The notes below the pieces were generated by a model. The model worked only from the letters and a program-made list of their open reading frames with translations. It did not search any database and was not told the DNA's origin. From a virus, in the IMG/VR virus record IMGVR_UViG_3300025133_009964, positions 4,146 to 68,145 of that record: a DNA stretch of 64,000 bases; one strand, given 5' to 3'. How positions within the stretch are numbered: the stretch's first letter is position 1; the number at the start of each line of letters is the position of its first letter. This document shows positions 27,838 to 39,300 of this stretch, piece after piece. Made by a program: the position numbers and the translations under genes.

Positions 27838-28470
27838 ATGGGTGGACAAATAAACCGCGGTACAGAATTCGGGGAAATAATATATCAGTTAGCATGCAAC
27901 CGAAATTTCAATACATATGTTGAAATTGGCACCTGGAACGGGCAAGGAAGCACAAAATGTTTTATTGATGGTTTATTCTCTAGAGATGATATTTCGAAAT
28001 TAATTTCTTTAGAAACAGATCCAAAATTTTATAAACAAGCTAAAGATTATTGGAAAATGCAGTCTCTTGTTTATAAGAATCTGTCTAAAAAATTAATATT
28101 AATCCACGGCAGAATTGTTGAAAATGATGAAATTTTCGATGAAAAAGATATACAAAATTTCAACAAGCCCTTATATTCTGATGAACAATATTATCAATGG
28201 CTAGATAACGATAAAGAAAATTATAGATTATGTGAAAATATTTTAGACAAAATACCTAGCAATATAGACGTTCTATTATTGGACGGTGGTGAGTTTTCTA
28301 CATATAAAGAATTTTTAATTTTGAAAGATCGTGCAAAGATTATTTTACTGGATGATACGAAAGAATTAAAATGTGAAAAAGTTGTAGTTGATTTAGAATC
28401 TAGTGATGAGTGGGTATGCGCGCATTCTTCTAACTCAAGAAATGGTTGGGCGGTATACGAAAAGAAATGA
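27838..28470 (+). CDS. Class I SAM-dependent methyltransferase-like protein
   Basis: VEIGTWNGQGST; LLLDGG; LLDD. Confidence 0.7.
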   Translation: MGGQINRGTEFGEIIYQLACNRNFNTYVEIGTWNGQGSTKCFIDGLFSRDDISKLISLETDPKFYKQAKDYWKMQSLVYKNLSKKLILIHGRIVENDEIFDEKDIQNFNKPLYSDEQYYQWLDNDKENYRLCENILDKIPSNIDVLLLDGGEFSTYKEFLILKDRAKIILLDDTKELKCEKVVVDLESSDEWVCAHSSNSRNGWAVYEKK

Positions 28471-29552
28471 AATTTTTTAATATAGATTTACACATAGCTG
28501 TCATCGCAGACATAAAGAAAATATTTAATGATCTTGGGCACCAAGTTGATGATTGGACTTTATCTGGACATAGCTGGGCGTTTGGTAGAGAAAGAGATAA
28601 AGTTGATATCATAGATCATACAAATTGGCAGAATTTAGATAAAAATATGTGTGACGCTTTTTATGAGCGCTATAAAGATGAATTAAGTCATTATGACGGC
28701 TTTATTTGTACTTATGCTCCAAGTTTTTGTTTATTATATGAAAAATTTAAAAAACCAATAATAACAGTGGCTCCTATAAGATATGAGACTCCCTTTTGGA
28801 ACGATAAACAAAAGTGGCTATGGCTGAACAACTACCTACAGAAAGGTATTGATAGTAATCTCATAATACCAATTGCAAACAGTAAGCTTGATAAGAAATA
28901 TTGCGAAATTCACACTGATCGAGAATGGAAACACATCCCCAGTTTATGTGAATATACAAATTCTTCATATGATCCAAGACAAAATATATTTATTTATTCT
29001 TCCTTGTTTCCAATGCAAACAATGCATTATGACGTAATGATTGAAGAAAAACGAAAAGTCTTGAAGCCGGGTTATGATTGGCAAGACATAGCAGAATTTA
29101 AAGGAATTATACATATTCCTTACAATGGTTCATTGATGTCAATATTTGAACAATATACTGCCAATATCCCTTTATTTTTCCCTTCATATGAATTTATGTT
29201 AAAATTGAGAAAATCTTTCGGACCCAGAGGCGTATTAAATCAACTTTCCTGGAGGGAGGTATATGGTCTTTCTTCTGGTAAAATTATTGAATATGATGAT
29301 AACAATAAAACAATTGGTGATATTAATAACTATGGAAACATCGAAGACGAAAAAGAGTGGATAAAATTATCTGATTTCTATGATCAAGAGTGGATGCCAT
29401 ATGTACAATATTTCGACTCCTTTCAACATCTTTCGTATATACTGAGAGCGCTAGACACTGATGATATTAGTCGTAAAATGAGTGATTTTAACAAAACAAG
29501 AAAACAAAAAATTTATGATTTATGGAAAGAAGTATTGAGAGATCTTGCATGA
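28467..29552 (+). CDS. Putative glycosyltransferase (GT-B-like)
   Basis: HIPYNGSLMSIFEQYTANIPLFFP; cluster context; ATGA overlaps. Confidence 0.55.
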   Translation: MKFFNIDLHIAVIADIKKIFNDLGHQVDDWTLSGHSWAFGRERDKVDIIDHTNWQNLDKNMCDAFYERYKDELSHYDGFICTYAPSFCLLYEKFKKPIITVAPIRYETPFWNDKQKWLWLNNYLQKGIDSNLIIPIANSKLDKKYCEIHTDREWKHIPSLCEYTNSSYDPRQNIFIYSSLFPMQTMHYDVMIEEKRKVLKPGYDWQDIAEFKGIIHIPYNGSLMSIFEQYTANIPLFFPSYEFMLKLRKSFGPRGVLNQLSWREVYGLSSGKIIEYDDNNKTIGDINNYGNIEDEKEWIKLSDFYDQEWMPYVQYFDSFQHLSYILRALDTDDISRKMSDFNKTRKQKIYDLWKEVLRDLA

Positions 29553-30505
29553 AAACTGCCTTTATAACTGGAATTAACGGACAGGATGGCTACTATCTTT
29601 CTGAGTTTTTATTATTGAAGGGGTATAGAGTATATGGAATGTCACAAAGTGGTTTGGGATCCCGCAGGCTAAACAAGAGTATCATATGCTTAAAGGGAAA
29701 TTTGACAGATAAGGATTCTTTAACTAGATGTATAGAAGAATCTAACCCGGATGAAGTTTATAATTTGGGTGGAATTTCTTCAGTGAAGGAAAGCTGGCGC
29801 CTCCCAGAGCTTACAAATGATATTAATGGTGTGGCTGTCCTGCGATTACTTGAGGCGATAAAAAAATATAATAAAACAATAAAGTTCTATCAAGCCTCCA
29901 CCAGCGAAATGTATGGAAAACCTGCTACTGCGCCACAGAATGAAACAACACAGTTTTATCCAAGAAGTCCTTACGGGGCATCGAAATTATTTGGTCATTG
30001 GATAACAAAAAATTATAGAGAATCTTATGGCATATATGCTTGCAGCGGAATCCTGTTCAATCATGAATCAGAGATAAGACCAGAAAAATTTGTTACTAGA
30101 AAAATATCAAAAGGGGTGGCTAAAATATTTTTAGAATTGGAGGATTATATTGTCTTGGGAAATATCGATGGCCACCGTGATTGGGGCTATGCTCCTGATT
30201 TTGTTGAAGCAATGTGGTTGATGCTACAGCAAGATAAGCCAGATGATTATGTGATTGCTACTGAAAAAAGCAGATCTATCAAGGATTTTGTGATCGCTGC
30301 CTTTTCAAGTGTTGGAATTGATGATTGGGAAAAGCACGTTAAGCAAGATAAAAAATATATGCGCCCGCTAGACATTGATAATGTAGTTGGTGATTGTACA
30401 AAGGCAAAAAAAAATTTGGGCTGGAAACCTAAAGTTACTTTTGAAGCCATGGCCGCAAGAATGGTTATAAATGATATAAAACTATTAAAACAAAAAATAT
30501 TTTGA
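29549..30505 (+). CDS. gmd: GDP-mannose 4,6-dehydratase (copy 1)
   Basis: TGINGQDG; QASTSEMYG; SPYGASK; GILFNHES; RDWG. Confidence 0.88.
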   Translation: MKTAFITGINGQDGYYLSEFLLLKGYRVYGMSQSGLGSRRLNKSIICLKGNLTDKDSLTRCIEESNPDEVYNLGGISSVKESWRLPELTNDINGVAVLRLLEAIKKYNKTIKFYQASTSEMYGKPATAPQNETTQFYPRSPYGASKLFGHWITKNYRESYGIYACSGILFNHESEIRPEKFVTRKISKGVAKIFLELEDYIVLGNIDGHRDWGYAPDFVEAMWLMLQQDKPDDYVIATEKSRSIKDFVIAAFSSVGIDDWEKHVKQDKKYMRPLDIDNVVGDCTKAKKNLGWKPKVTFEAMAARMVINDIKLLKQKIF

Positions 30506-30521
30506 GGTCGAGAATTTAATA

Positions 30522-31391
30522 ATGCTAAAATATATTTGCTACAACTGGATGCCATTGGCTGCAGATCACATTCTAGACCATCCGGAAGACTATTATAAAG
30601 AAGCCGGCACCAGCCGGCTCCACACAAAAAACAATTTTAATCCTTTTGATGTGAAAGAGAATGAACTAATATTTGTCAAAACAGATTTTATTTATTGTAA
30701 GCTTTTTCAACTATTTCATTTATCTAAAATTTCTAAAAAGTTTAATCTTATAACTGGTATATCCGACTACCAGTTAAAGAAAAATGATTATGAGACGATA
30801 TTAAATCACCCTAAACTAAATAAATGGTTTTGTGCTAACCCTCCGGATGTTCAAGATTCTAGAATTATTCCAATACCAATTGGTTTTACAGAGCCGGATA
30901 GACCTTGTGGAAAACAGGATGCTTTGAAACAACAGTGTAAAAAAAGACTACAATTCGGACAAAAAGAGGATTTGATATTTTTACCTTATCATAATTTCAA
31001 AACAAACACAGATAGGAAAGAAACATATAACTATTTGAAAACATTACCTTTTGTGCATGCCGCTACGGAAAAACAGGATTTCAAAGAATATTTAGATACA
31101 ATCAGCAAATACAAATTTGTCATAAGTCTAGAAGGCAATGGCCCAGATGCGCATAGAAATTACGAAATTATGTTAATGAATTCAATACCAGTTGGTATAA
31201 AGAATGTAATATCTTCGATGTTCGAATACCATAATCTAGAGGGGATATTTTTGAATAGTTGGAAAGAACTAGATTCTTCTTATTTCAAGAAAATTTGTAA
31301 TAAAGACTACTCTCTAGATAATAATTTAGATTTTCTCTCCTTGCAGAGAAATATAGATTTTGTAAGAAATGCTATTTTAGAGGATAAATGA
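30522..31391 (+). CDS. Exostosin/GT47-like glycosyltransferase
   Basis: IPIG; KFVISLEGNGPDAHRNYE. Confidence 0.65.
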   Translation: MLKYICYNWMPLAADHILDHPEDYYKEAGTSRLHTKNNFNPFDVKENELIFVKTDFIYCKLFQLFHLSKISKKFNLITGISDYQLKKNDYETILNHPKLNKWFCANPPDVQDSRIIPIPIGFTEPDRPCGKQDALKQQCKKRLQFGQKEDLIFLPYHNFKTNTDRKETYNYLKTLPFVHAATEKQDFKEYLDTISKYKFVISLEGNGPDAHRNYEIMLMNSIPVGIKNVISSMFEYHNLEGIFLNSWKELDSSYFKKICNKDYSLDNNLDFLSLQRNIDFVRNAILEDK

Positions 31392-32116
31392 TTAAAGTAA
31401 ATTATATGGGAAGAATGGGAAACAATATGTTTCAATATTCCTTTGGAAGAATTCTGGCCGAAGAGCTAGGAATGCATTTAGTTTCTAACCCCATTCCAGG
31501 ATTTCGCACAACTTATCAGAGCGTGTTTGGAAAAAGTAATAATGCTGATGTTCTAACAGTTGATGATTCTAACTGTAGGAATATTTTGAACCAAAAGGAG
31601 CTTTTAAAAGATAAGTCTTTATTTTTAAATGGCTTTTTTCAATACTATGATCTGTATAAACCTTATAAGAAAAGATTGCGGCAATGGTTTAAGCCAAAAA
31701 ATATGTTTGAAGAGGCAAGAGAAGCAGACATCGTAATTCATATTAGACTAACTGATTATATGAATATGCCTGATTATTGGGCTTTACCGGCAAAATATTA
31801 CCTAAACTGCATAGAAATGAGTAATGCCAAAAATATTCATATTGTTACTGATGATCCAGATCATTCGTTTTTAAACAATTTTTCTAAATTTAATCCAAAA
31901 ATTATCAATGGCGATATGATACGAGATTTTACTTACTTGACATCTGCGAAAAAAATGATTTTATCTAGAAGCAGCTTTTCTTTTTGGGCTGGTTTCCTAT
32001 CAGACGCCGAAGAGATATATTTCCCCAATCCAAATAAGGGTTTTTTGTCTGAAGGCAACCAAGATCTTTTTGTGGAAGATGAAGAAAGATATAAATCAGT
32101 CTCAGTAGAGGTATAA
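31388..32116 (+). CDS. GT11 alpha-1,2-fucosyltransferase-like protein
   Basis: GRMGNNMFQY; HIRLTDY; VTDD; SSFSFWA. Confidence 0.8.
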   Translation: MIKVNYMGRMGNNMFQYSFGRILAEELGMHLVSNPIPGFRTTYQSVFGKSNNADVLTVDDSNCRNILNQKELLKDKSLFLNGFFQYYDLYKPYKKRLRQWFKPKNMFEEAREADIVIHIRLTDYMNMPDYWALPAKYYLNCIEMSNAKNIHIVTDDPDHSFLNNFSKFNPKIINGDMIRDFTYLTSAKKMILSRSSFSFWAGFLSDAEEIYFPNPNKGFLSEGNQDLFVEDEERYKSVSVEV

Positions 32117-32743
32117 ATGTTAATTTCTCTCAAAGAAATAAAAGAAAAATACAATTTAGAATTTAAAAATATTATTCACATAGGCGCACACAAAGCAGAA
32201 GAATTAAATGATTATGTGTCTGCTGGTATTAAAAAAGTAGTTTGGGTTGAAGCTAATCCTACTTTGGTGAATTATTTAAAAACTATTTTAAGAGGACCAT
32301 ATGCCACTGTTTTGCATGCTGCAGTTTCGAACAAAGACGATGAAGAGATACATTTCAAAATAACGAACAATGGACAATCTTCTTCGATATTAGAATTGGG
32401 AATTCATAAGAGTCTATTTCCAGGCGTATCTGTTGCTGAAACGATCATGATGAAGACGAAGACACTGAAGACTCTTTTCGAAGAAAATAAGATAGATATT
32501 CGAAACTATGATTTCATGAATATCGATATTCAAGGTGCAGAGCTAATGGCCTTACAGGGCCTGGGAGAAGATTTAAAACATCTAAAAGCAATATATACTG
32601 AAGTTAACACAGATTATGTATATAAAGATTGTTCTTTAATAAATGAAATTGATGATTATCTTAGTTTATATGGCTTTAAAAGAATTGCAACAGAAATGTG
32701 GCCAGGTCATCCTTGGGGCGACGCCCTATACGTAAAGGAATAA
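32117..32743 (+). CDS. FkbM-family methyltransferase
   Basis: HIGAH; VEANP; NIDIQGAEL; YTEVN; WGDALY. Confidence 0.88.
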   Translation: MLISLKEIKEKYNLEFKNIIHIGAHKAEELNDYVSAGIKKVVWVEANPTLVNYLKTILRGPYATVLHAAVSNKDDEEIHFKITNNGQSSSILELGIHKSLFPGVSVAETIMMKTKTLKTLFEENKIDIRNYDFMNIDIQGAELMALQGLGEDLKHLKAIYTEVNTDYVYKDCSLINEIDDYLSLYGFKRIATEMWPGHPWGDALYVKE

Positions 32744-32745
32744 AT

Positions 32746-33642
32746 ATGAAAGCGTTAGTAACTGGGGGAGCTGGATTTATTGGCAGCAACTTAGTTGATC
32801 AATTGCTGGAAGAAGGTAATCAAGTAGTTGTAATAGATAATGAATCTGCTGATTCAAATGAACAATTTTATTGGAATAATTTAGCAGAGAACTATAAATA
32901 TGATATTTGTGATTATGAAAGAATCGCGCCTTTGTTCGAAGGAATAGATGTTGTTTTTCATTTGGCAGCTGAAGCTAGAATTCAAATAGCAATAAAAAAT
33001 CCTCTTTTGGCTACAAGAACAAATGTTTTAGGAACTTGTAATGTATTACAAGCTTCACGAGAAGCTGGAGTTAAGAGAGTTATCTATTCGTCGACGTCTT
33101 CAGCATACGGCTTGGCCAATAAGCCTCCACTTAAAGAAAACATGCAGAGAGATTGCTTAAATCTCTATTCTGTAACCAAATGTGCCGGAGAGGATCTAAG
33201 TCTCATGTATAACAGAATATATGGTTTAGAAACTGTCGTATTGAGATATTTTAACGTTTATGGAGAAAGACAGCCGCTCAAGGGACAGTATGCCCCTGTA
33301 ATAGGTATTTTTATGCGCCAGAGCGCCGTTAACGAGCCGATGACTATAGTTGGTGACGGAGAGCAAAGAAGGGATTTTACGCACATCTCTGATGCTGTCA
33401 GAGCAAACGTTTTAGCTGCTAATTTAGAAAATAGTAGATGTGTAGGGGAAGTGTTTAACATTGGCACTAGTATAAATTATAATATGTTTGATTTGGTAAA
33501 GATTATTGGTGGAGATCACATACATATTCCACCTAGAATTGGAGAATCCAGAGAGACTTTAGCGGATATCCATAAGGCCAAAAAAATATTAGATTGGAAA
33601 CCAAGGATTAATTTAGAAAAATGGATAAAACAGCAATTGTAA
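32746..33642 (+). CDS. NAD-dependent sugar epimerase/dehydratase
   Basis: TGGAGFIG; YSVTK; LRYFNVYG; RDF. Confidence 0.9.
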   Translation: MKALVTGGAGFIGSNLVDQLLEEGNQVVVIDNESADSNEQFYWNNLAENYKYDICDYERIAPLFEGIDVVFHLAAEARIQIAIKNPLLATRTNVLGTCNVLQASREAGVKRVIYSSTSSAYGLANKPPLKENMQRDCLNLYSVTKCAGEDLSLMYNRIYGLETVVLRYFNVYGERQPLKGQYAPVIGIFMRQSAVNEPMTIVGDGEQRRDFTHISDAVRANVLAANLENSRCVGEVFNIGTSINYNMFDLVKIIGGDHIHIPPRIGESRETLADIHKAKKILDWKPRINLEKWIKQQL

Positions 33643-34625
33643 CGGGTGTTACGGGACAAGATGGGTCTTATCTTTCAGAGCTTTTGTTATCGAAAGGATA
33701 CAAAGTTATTGGCTTAAAAAGAAGAACGTCTTTAATAAACACGGATAGAGTCGATCACATATACGATCATAAGAATTTTAAATTAGAATATTTTGATTTA
33801 AATGATACCGGAAGCATATACAAAATGTTGCTTACTTATAAGCCAGATGAATTTTATAATTTAGCTGCGCAGTCACATGTGAGAGTCTCTTTTGATATTC
33901 CAGAACATACTGTAGATGGTATTGCTATGGGTACTTTGAGAATTTTGGAAGCCATAAGAAATACCAATCCGGAAATAAAATTTTATCAAGCATCTTCTTC
34001 GGAAATGTTTGGTGACAATCCAGATTGTGAAAACGGATTCAATGAGGAGTCTAGATTAATGCCTGCTTCGCCATATGCTTGTGCAAAAGTATTCGCTCAC
34101 AATTTGGTTAGAAACTATAGAAAATCATATAATCTATTTGCATCGTCTGGAATCTTGTTTAATCATGAATCGCCAAGAAGGGGCGAGACTTTTGTAACAA
34201 GAAAAATTACAATGGCAGCTGCCAGAATTAAGCTAGGAATACAGGATAAATTATTTTTAGGTAATTTAGAGGCAAAGAGAGATTGGGGATTTGCTGGCGA
34301 TTATGTAAGCGTAATGTGGCTAATGTTACAGCAAAAAAAAGCAGATGATTTCGTAATTTCAACTGGCGAAACACATACAGTAAGAGAATTTTTAGAATAT
34401 GTTTTTGAATATGCTGGATTAGGATCTTATGAAAAATATGTAGAAATTGATCCTAGATTTTATCGACCTCAAGAAGTACCATTTCTTTTGGGTGATTCTA
34501 CAAAGGCTCAGAAGACTTTAAATTGGGAGCCAGAGGTAAAATTTAAAGATTTGGCAAAGATGATGTATGATTATGATTACAGATTAATAAAAGGAGATAA
34601 AAATGACGTTGCAAAGTGGCTTTAA
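33621..34625 (+). CDS. gmd: GDP-mannose 4,6-dehydratase (copy 2)
   Basis: TGVTGQDG; LAAQSHV; SPYACAK; NHESPRRGETFVTRK. Confidence 0.93.
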   Translation: MDKTAIVTGVTGQDGSYLSELLLSKGYKVIGLKRRTSLINTDRVDHIYDHKNFKLEYFDLNDTGSIYKMLLTYKPDEFYNLAAQSHVRVSFDIPEHTVDGIAMGTLRILEAIRNTNPEIKFYQASSSEMFGDNPDCENGFNEESRLMPASPYACAKVFAHNLVRNYRKSYNLFASSGILFNHESPRRGETFVTRKITMAAARIKLGIQDKLFLGNLEAKRDWGFAGDYVSVMWLMLQQKKADDFVISTGETHTVREFLEYVFEYAGLGSYEKYVEIDPRFYRPQEVPFLLGDSTKAQKTLNWEPEVKFKDLAKMMYDYDYRLIKGDKNDVAKWL

Positions 34626-34791
34626 ACTATCCAACGAGGCTTTAACATGCCTTATGATGTGTTTACAAAAATCATTATTAGAACAAACAGACATTGTACC
34701 GGTTTTGAAAAATTTAAAATTTAGTACTTTGGATGGAGAACTATTTGTGCTTAACCCGCCAATAGTAAAAATTCCAGAAGAAGATCTTTAA
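34603..34791 (+). CDS. Small hypothetical protein
   Basis: AGGAG RBS; LQKSLLEQTDIVPVL. Confidence 0.7.
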   Translation: MTLQSGFKLSNEALTCLMMCLQKSLLEQTDIVPVLKNLKFSTLDGELFVLNPPIVKIPEEDL

Positions 34792-34794
34792 AAG

Positions 34795-35052
34795 ATGCCA
34801 AGGTACGTATATAGATGCCAAAAGTGTGAAAATATTTTTTATGCAACACATTCTATAAAAGACAAGTTAACAGATTGTCAAGAATGTAAATTAACGGGCT
34901 CATTAGAGCGTTTGCCGACAAATTTTAATATTAAAAGTAATAATATTCAAGAAAAACACAAAGTTGGCGATATCGTAAAATCGAGCATTGAAGACATCAA
35001 AGAAGAGCTTAAAGAAGAAAAGAAGAGATTAAAAACGACGGAGCACAAATAA
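34795..35052 (+). CDS. FmdB-like zinc-ribbon protein
   Basis: MPRYVYRCQKC...CQEC. Confidence 0.8.
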   Translation: MPRYVYRCQKCENIFYATHSIKDKLTDCQECKLTGSLERLPTNFNIKSNNIQEKHKVGDIVKSSIEDIKEELKEEKKRLKTTEHK

Positions 35053-35423
35053 TGAAAGTAATGCAATATGGTCTGGCAATTTCAATGTTAGCCAATGGTG
35101 TCTTGTTGGCGACCGTCGTTGGCGTGCTGCCATTTTTTTTATACTTATCGACAATAATAATTATTGCAATGGGCTGGTATGTGGGTGTATCGTTGCGAGA
35201 ATTAAATCAATATAATAATGATATGGTGGGGCTATTAAACTCTTTTTCCGATTTACAAACTCATTTAAATTCGATTTATGAAATGGAGATGTTTTATGGA
35301 GAGCCAACTTTACAAGATCTGATTAACCATATTAAAGACATGAGCATCGAAATAGACTTTTATATACAAAAATATTCCTTGTTGGAAGAAGAAGATATTG
35401 AGGAAAAAGTTGGCACCACCTAA
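35052..35423 (+). CDS. Membrane protein
   Basis: Two N-terminal hydrophobic segments; EMFYGEPTLQ. Confidence 0.7.
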   Translation: MKVMQYGLAISMLANGVLLATVVGVLPFFLYLSTIIIIAMGWYVGVSLRELNQYNNDMVGLLNSFSDLQTHLNSIYEMEMFYGEPTLQDLINHIKDMSIEIDFYIQKYSLLEEEDIEEKVGTT

Positions 35424-36096
35424 ACAAAAGAAAAAAAGATATTTTACTATTGATCATGAGAATGCAATCATCGCATATACATCAACTGATGATATCAAGG
35501 TGAGAACTGATTTATATATTATATATATACAGCCAGCCTTTAATGAGATGGTAGATAAGATAGTATACACATATAAGTTTACAAATCTTCCAAATATAGA
35601 TTATTTAAAAGATGAATGCAAAATTTGGCTTACCACAATTCTAGAAAAATATAATCCTGATACCGGCTCAAAAGCTTTTTCATATTTTAGTGTTATCACT
35701 AAAAATTGGTTTATTGCCAAAGTAAAGAAGAACTCCAAAAGAACAAAAAAAGAAGTTCAATATGATGATCTCCCTCTAAATTTAGAAGAGGAATATTTAT
35801 CTGTTGAGAATAATTATATTAGAAGAAGAGAGCAAGAGGAATTTTGGCAACACTTACAAAAAGAAATAGATTCCTGGAAAAAACTTAAATTAAAAGAAAA
35901 CGAGAGAAGAGTTTTACAAGCAATCGATATTCTTTTCGAGAATGCCCAAGAGATAGAAATTTTTAATAAAAAAGCTATATATTTATATGTCCGCGAAATT
36001 ACCGGCTTGAACACAAAACAAGTTGTTAATAATTTAAACAAGATACGAATAAAATATCGCGTATTTAGAAAACAATGGCAAAACGAAATAAAATAG
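35398..36096 (+). CDS. Phage RNA polymerase sigma factor-like protein (probable late sigma)
   Basis: Region-2-like EKYNPDTGSKAFSYFSVITKNWF; C-terminal HTH-like IYLYVREITGLNTKQV; start may be TTG 35410. Confidence 0.65.
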   Translation: MRKKLAPPKQKKKRYFTIDHENAIIAYTSTDDIKVRTDLYIIYIQPAFNEMVDKIVYTYKFTNLPNIDYLKDECKIWLTTILEKYNPDTGSKAFSYFSVITKNWFIAKVKKNSKRTKKEVQYDDLPLNLEEEYLSVENNYIRRREQEEFWQHLQKEIDSWKKLKLKENERRVLQAIDILFENAQEIEIFNKKAIYLYVREITGLNTKQVVNNLNKIRIKYRVFRKQWQNEIK

Positions 36097-36377
36097 AAAA
36101 ATTAGAAAATTTTATACAAGAAAGTATTGAAAATATCAGAAACGATAGGGCTATAGCTTCTGATTTATTGTATGATTTGCTAGCACATATTAAAGAATCA
36201 AACGATAGACATGAAAGAAGTGGACCAGTTGCAGCCAAATATTTAGAAACCTTACAGAGATCAAATGAACAATTGGTTAAAATAACCGCTCTTTTGCATA
36301 AAAAGAATTCCTCGACGGCCAACTTAACAGAATCTGATAAAAATGAAATTTATGATTTAATTGGAGGAAAGAAGTGA
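36075..36377 (+). CDS. Hypothetical helical protein
   Basis: AAKYLETLQRSNEQLVK; overlaps the upstream gene. Confidence 0.7.
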   Translation: MAKRNKIEKLENFIQESIENIRNDRAIASDLLYDLLAHIKESNDRHERSGPVAAKYLETLQRSNEQLVKITALLHKKNSSTANLTESDKNEIYDLIGGKK

Positions 36378-36378
36378 A

Positions 36379-39300
36379 ATGCCTAAATTTGACTATCCCG
36401 CGGGATCATTAAACGACATTCAGATAGAATCGATAAGAAGATCTTTCGATCCAAATCAAACTAGCTTGTGGGGCTCTATAGGACAGGCTATTAACGAATT
36501 ATTCACACCAGATATAACAAAAAATACTGGACCCTATAAAGCCGTTATTCTTCGAGTTGAAGATATTAATGCAGAAGACCCGCCCGCAGAAGGATTTTTA
36601 AATTTTTTAAAAGATATGGTTGGGCTTGGGGCCGACGGGGATGCCACAACAACAGGCGCCTTAAAGAAAATGGTGGCGATTAAGGCAAGAATACCAGAAT
36701 TGCATGGTCATCTGCCGATACCAACAGAAGTTGGCGACCCACAAGGTCAATCTTATCCAGATCACTATAAAATTGATGCTTATCCAACATTTACTGCTCA
36801 GAGTGATAGGCAAGAGTTTTCAAAAGTAAAGCCCGGCGACGTCGTTGTTGTAGATTATGTTGATAAAAAGAATTTTCTAGAACCAATATTTGTAACGCCA
36901 ATTGCAGTACAACAATTTATGCCTGTCCCCGGCGCTCACGGCCCGGGCTCTGGTTTGTTTAATCCAAATTGTCCTCCTTTCGCCGGTACCAAATTGGCAG
37001 GAAATGGTCTAGCGGACGCTGCTCTTACTAATTTGCACACAGGATTAAGCGCTGCAAATACTAGAGCCCGCAACTCTGGTGCAAAAGCAGTTTTATTTGG
37101 CGACAGTCAGTGCGCGGGTAATCTTGGTGCAGCCCTAGAAGAGTATATAACAAAAAGCTTGGGATATATAATGATTAAACCAGCCAGCTGGGCAAAAAAA
37201 AATAATAAACGAATGGGACAATCTGGTGCAAGTATGAGTTCTTGGCTTCTCGACGGCCGCGGAAGCTTGGCCGAGATTGGTGCTGGAAAATTTGGATATT
37301 TAGAAGATGCCCTCTCTAAAGAAGTTGATCTTGTTGTTGCCGTTGGTAGTGCCAATGGAGGATATGATAATGATACTCCTGCAAAATTAGTAAAAAGAAT
37401 TAGAAATAGGGCTCCAAATGCTAGCATAGTTTGGATTGGTCCTCCTCCTGCGGTGATGGTTACAAGGAAAACAGGAGCGGGATGGAGTTTGGAGCACCTC
37501 GCCGCAAATCACTGGTTAGTAAAGAAACGCAGAAATGGTATGCTATATGCCGATTGGCGCCAGGCGGTAAATTCAAAAATTAGAGCTTCAGTTTCTTCTT
37601 TACCTGGTGTAACTTTTGTTAATCCAAAAGATTTAGTACCTAGATATATCTCTTCTCCAGGAAAATCCTGCGATGGTATCCATATGTCTTTAGAAGGTTC
37701 TATTGAATTTATTAATAATTTGAAAAAAACGGCTAGCCCCGCCCCCGGCGGAAAAAATATGGAAGAGTTAAACGCTCAAATAAAAGTTGCTGAGGACAAG
37801 GTGGCTGCTGCACTTTCTAAAGCTAAGGAAGGATTATCCAACTTATTAAGCCCGATATCTAAACAAGTACAAGATATGGCAAAAATCGCATATGAGTCAT
37901 TCATTACAACATACGAAAATTCAGAGATAGCAACTGAATTTTTAAAAGAAAGGGCGGCTCTTTTGTATGATACAGGCTATGTTCCTTATGCCCTCCCGGG
38001 CGAACCCCAGCCAGAAAGTACCGGTACAGATAAAGAACAAGGCATCAATGCGATATTTGTTAGTTTTTTAGTGAGAGATTGGGTTAGTGGTTTTTTGCTA
38101 GAAGATGGGCATATTTCAGCAATGACTGTGGATGAGTCATTGTGGATGCCAGGCCGCGCCGAGGAAATGCAGGTATGGGGTAACTTTTCATCGATACCTC
38201 ATACAACCTTAGATCCCGAAAGGGATCCATATGGCCCAGAAACGCTCAATCTCATACCGCAGCTTTACGGCGTTGCCTTGGGCCCCGGTCCGCCAGCAGA
38301 CGCCTCGTTTGTTGATGATAATCCATTTCCCCCGGGCCAAGAGGGTGTGGATATACTCAAGCAGGTTAGTTATGAAATGGCTGCAGCAGTATATATGCAA
38401 AAATATGGTACAGCGCAGCCCACACCAGATACCACATCGCCATCCAGCGCACCGACAACGCCAAAGCCGTATTGTCCACCAGCCGGAACTGGTGCATATG
38501 CCGGCTTAGGTGGAGTAGGAGGAGGACCTATTGAGCTTCCTGCAGATGGAGTAGTATATTTTATACCGTCTATAGAAGATGCGATCAACAAAGCAGCAAC
38601 AGCAGTATCTCCTCTGATTGGAATGGATTATTTGGAACTAAAAACATATTTGCGCATGAGTTGTAAAATCGAATCAAACGGTACTTTTAATTCAACAAAT
38701 TGGGGTGGATATTCTGGCTTGTTTGCAATAGGTGCTTATGTGTGGGCTGAATATAGTCAAAAAACTACTGGAAAATTATACCAGCAGGCAACAAATGAAG
38801 TAATGGGTCCATATATTAGAGACTATAATTATGCTTATGATCCATACAAGCAAGCAATGGTGGTCGCCTGTGCTACGCTTGGTAAGATAAATGCGCTTAA
38901 GAGAGCGGGTATACCGCCCACATTACAGCATTTATATATGTGTCATAATCAAGGATTGGCCGGATTTAAAAATATTTATAAAAGAGCCAAGGCCGGCACC
39001 GGTTGGGGCCAAACATCCTGGACTCCAAAAATAAAAGATGTCAACAGCTCCAATCCTAAAGCTACCATTACATTAAGTCTGTCGCTCACATCACCCGGCG
39101 GCTCTATACCGCCGAAGCCAGGATGGTCAGACTGGAACAACGCTTGGTCCAATGCAGCTGGAAATAAAAGACTTGGAGGCACGAGGCTTCGTGAACTCTT
39201 CCATGGAAATTATTATGCCAATCCACAAGCTCAGCGTCCATGGGAAATTGTTACACCAAAGGTTTTTTATGATATTTGGGCAAGAATCACCAGAAATCAA

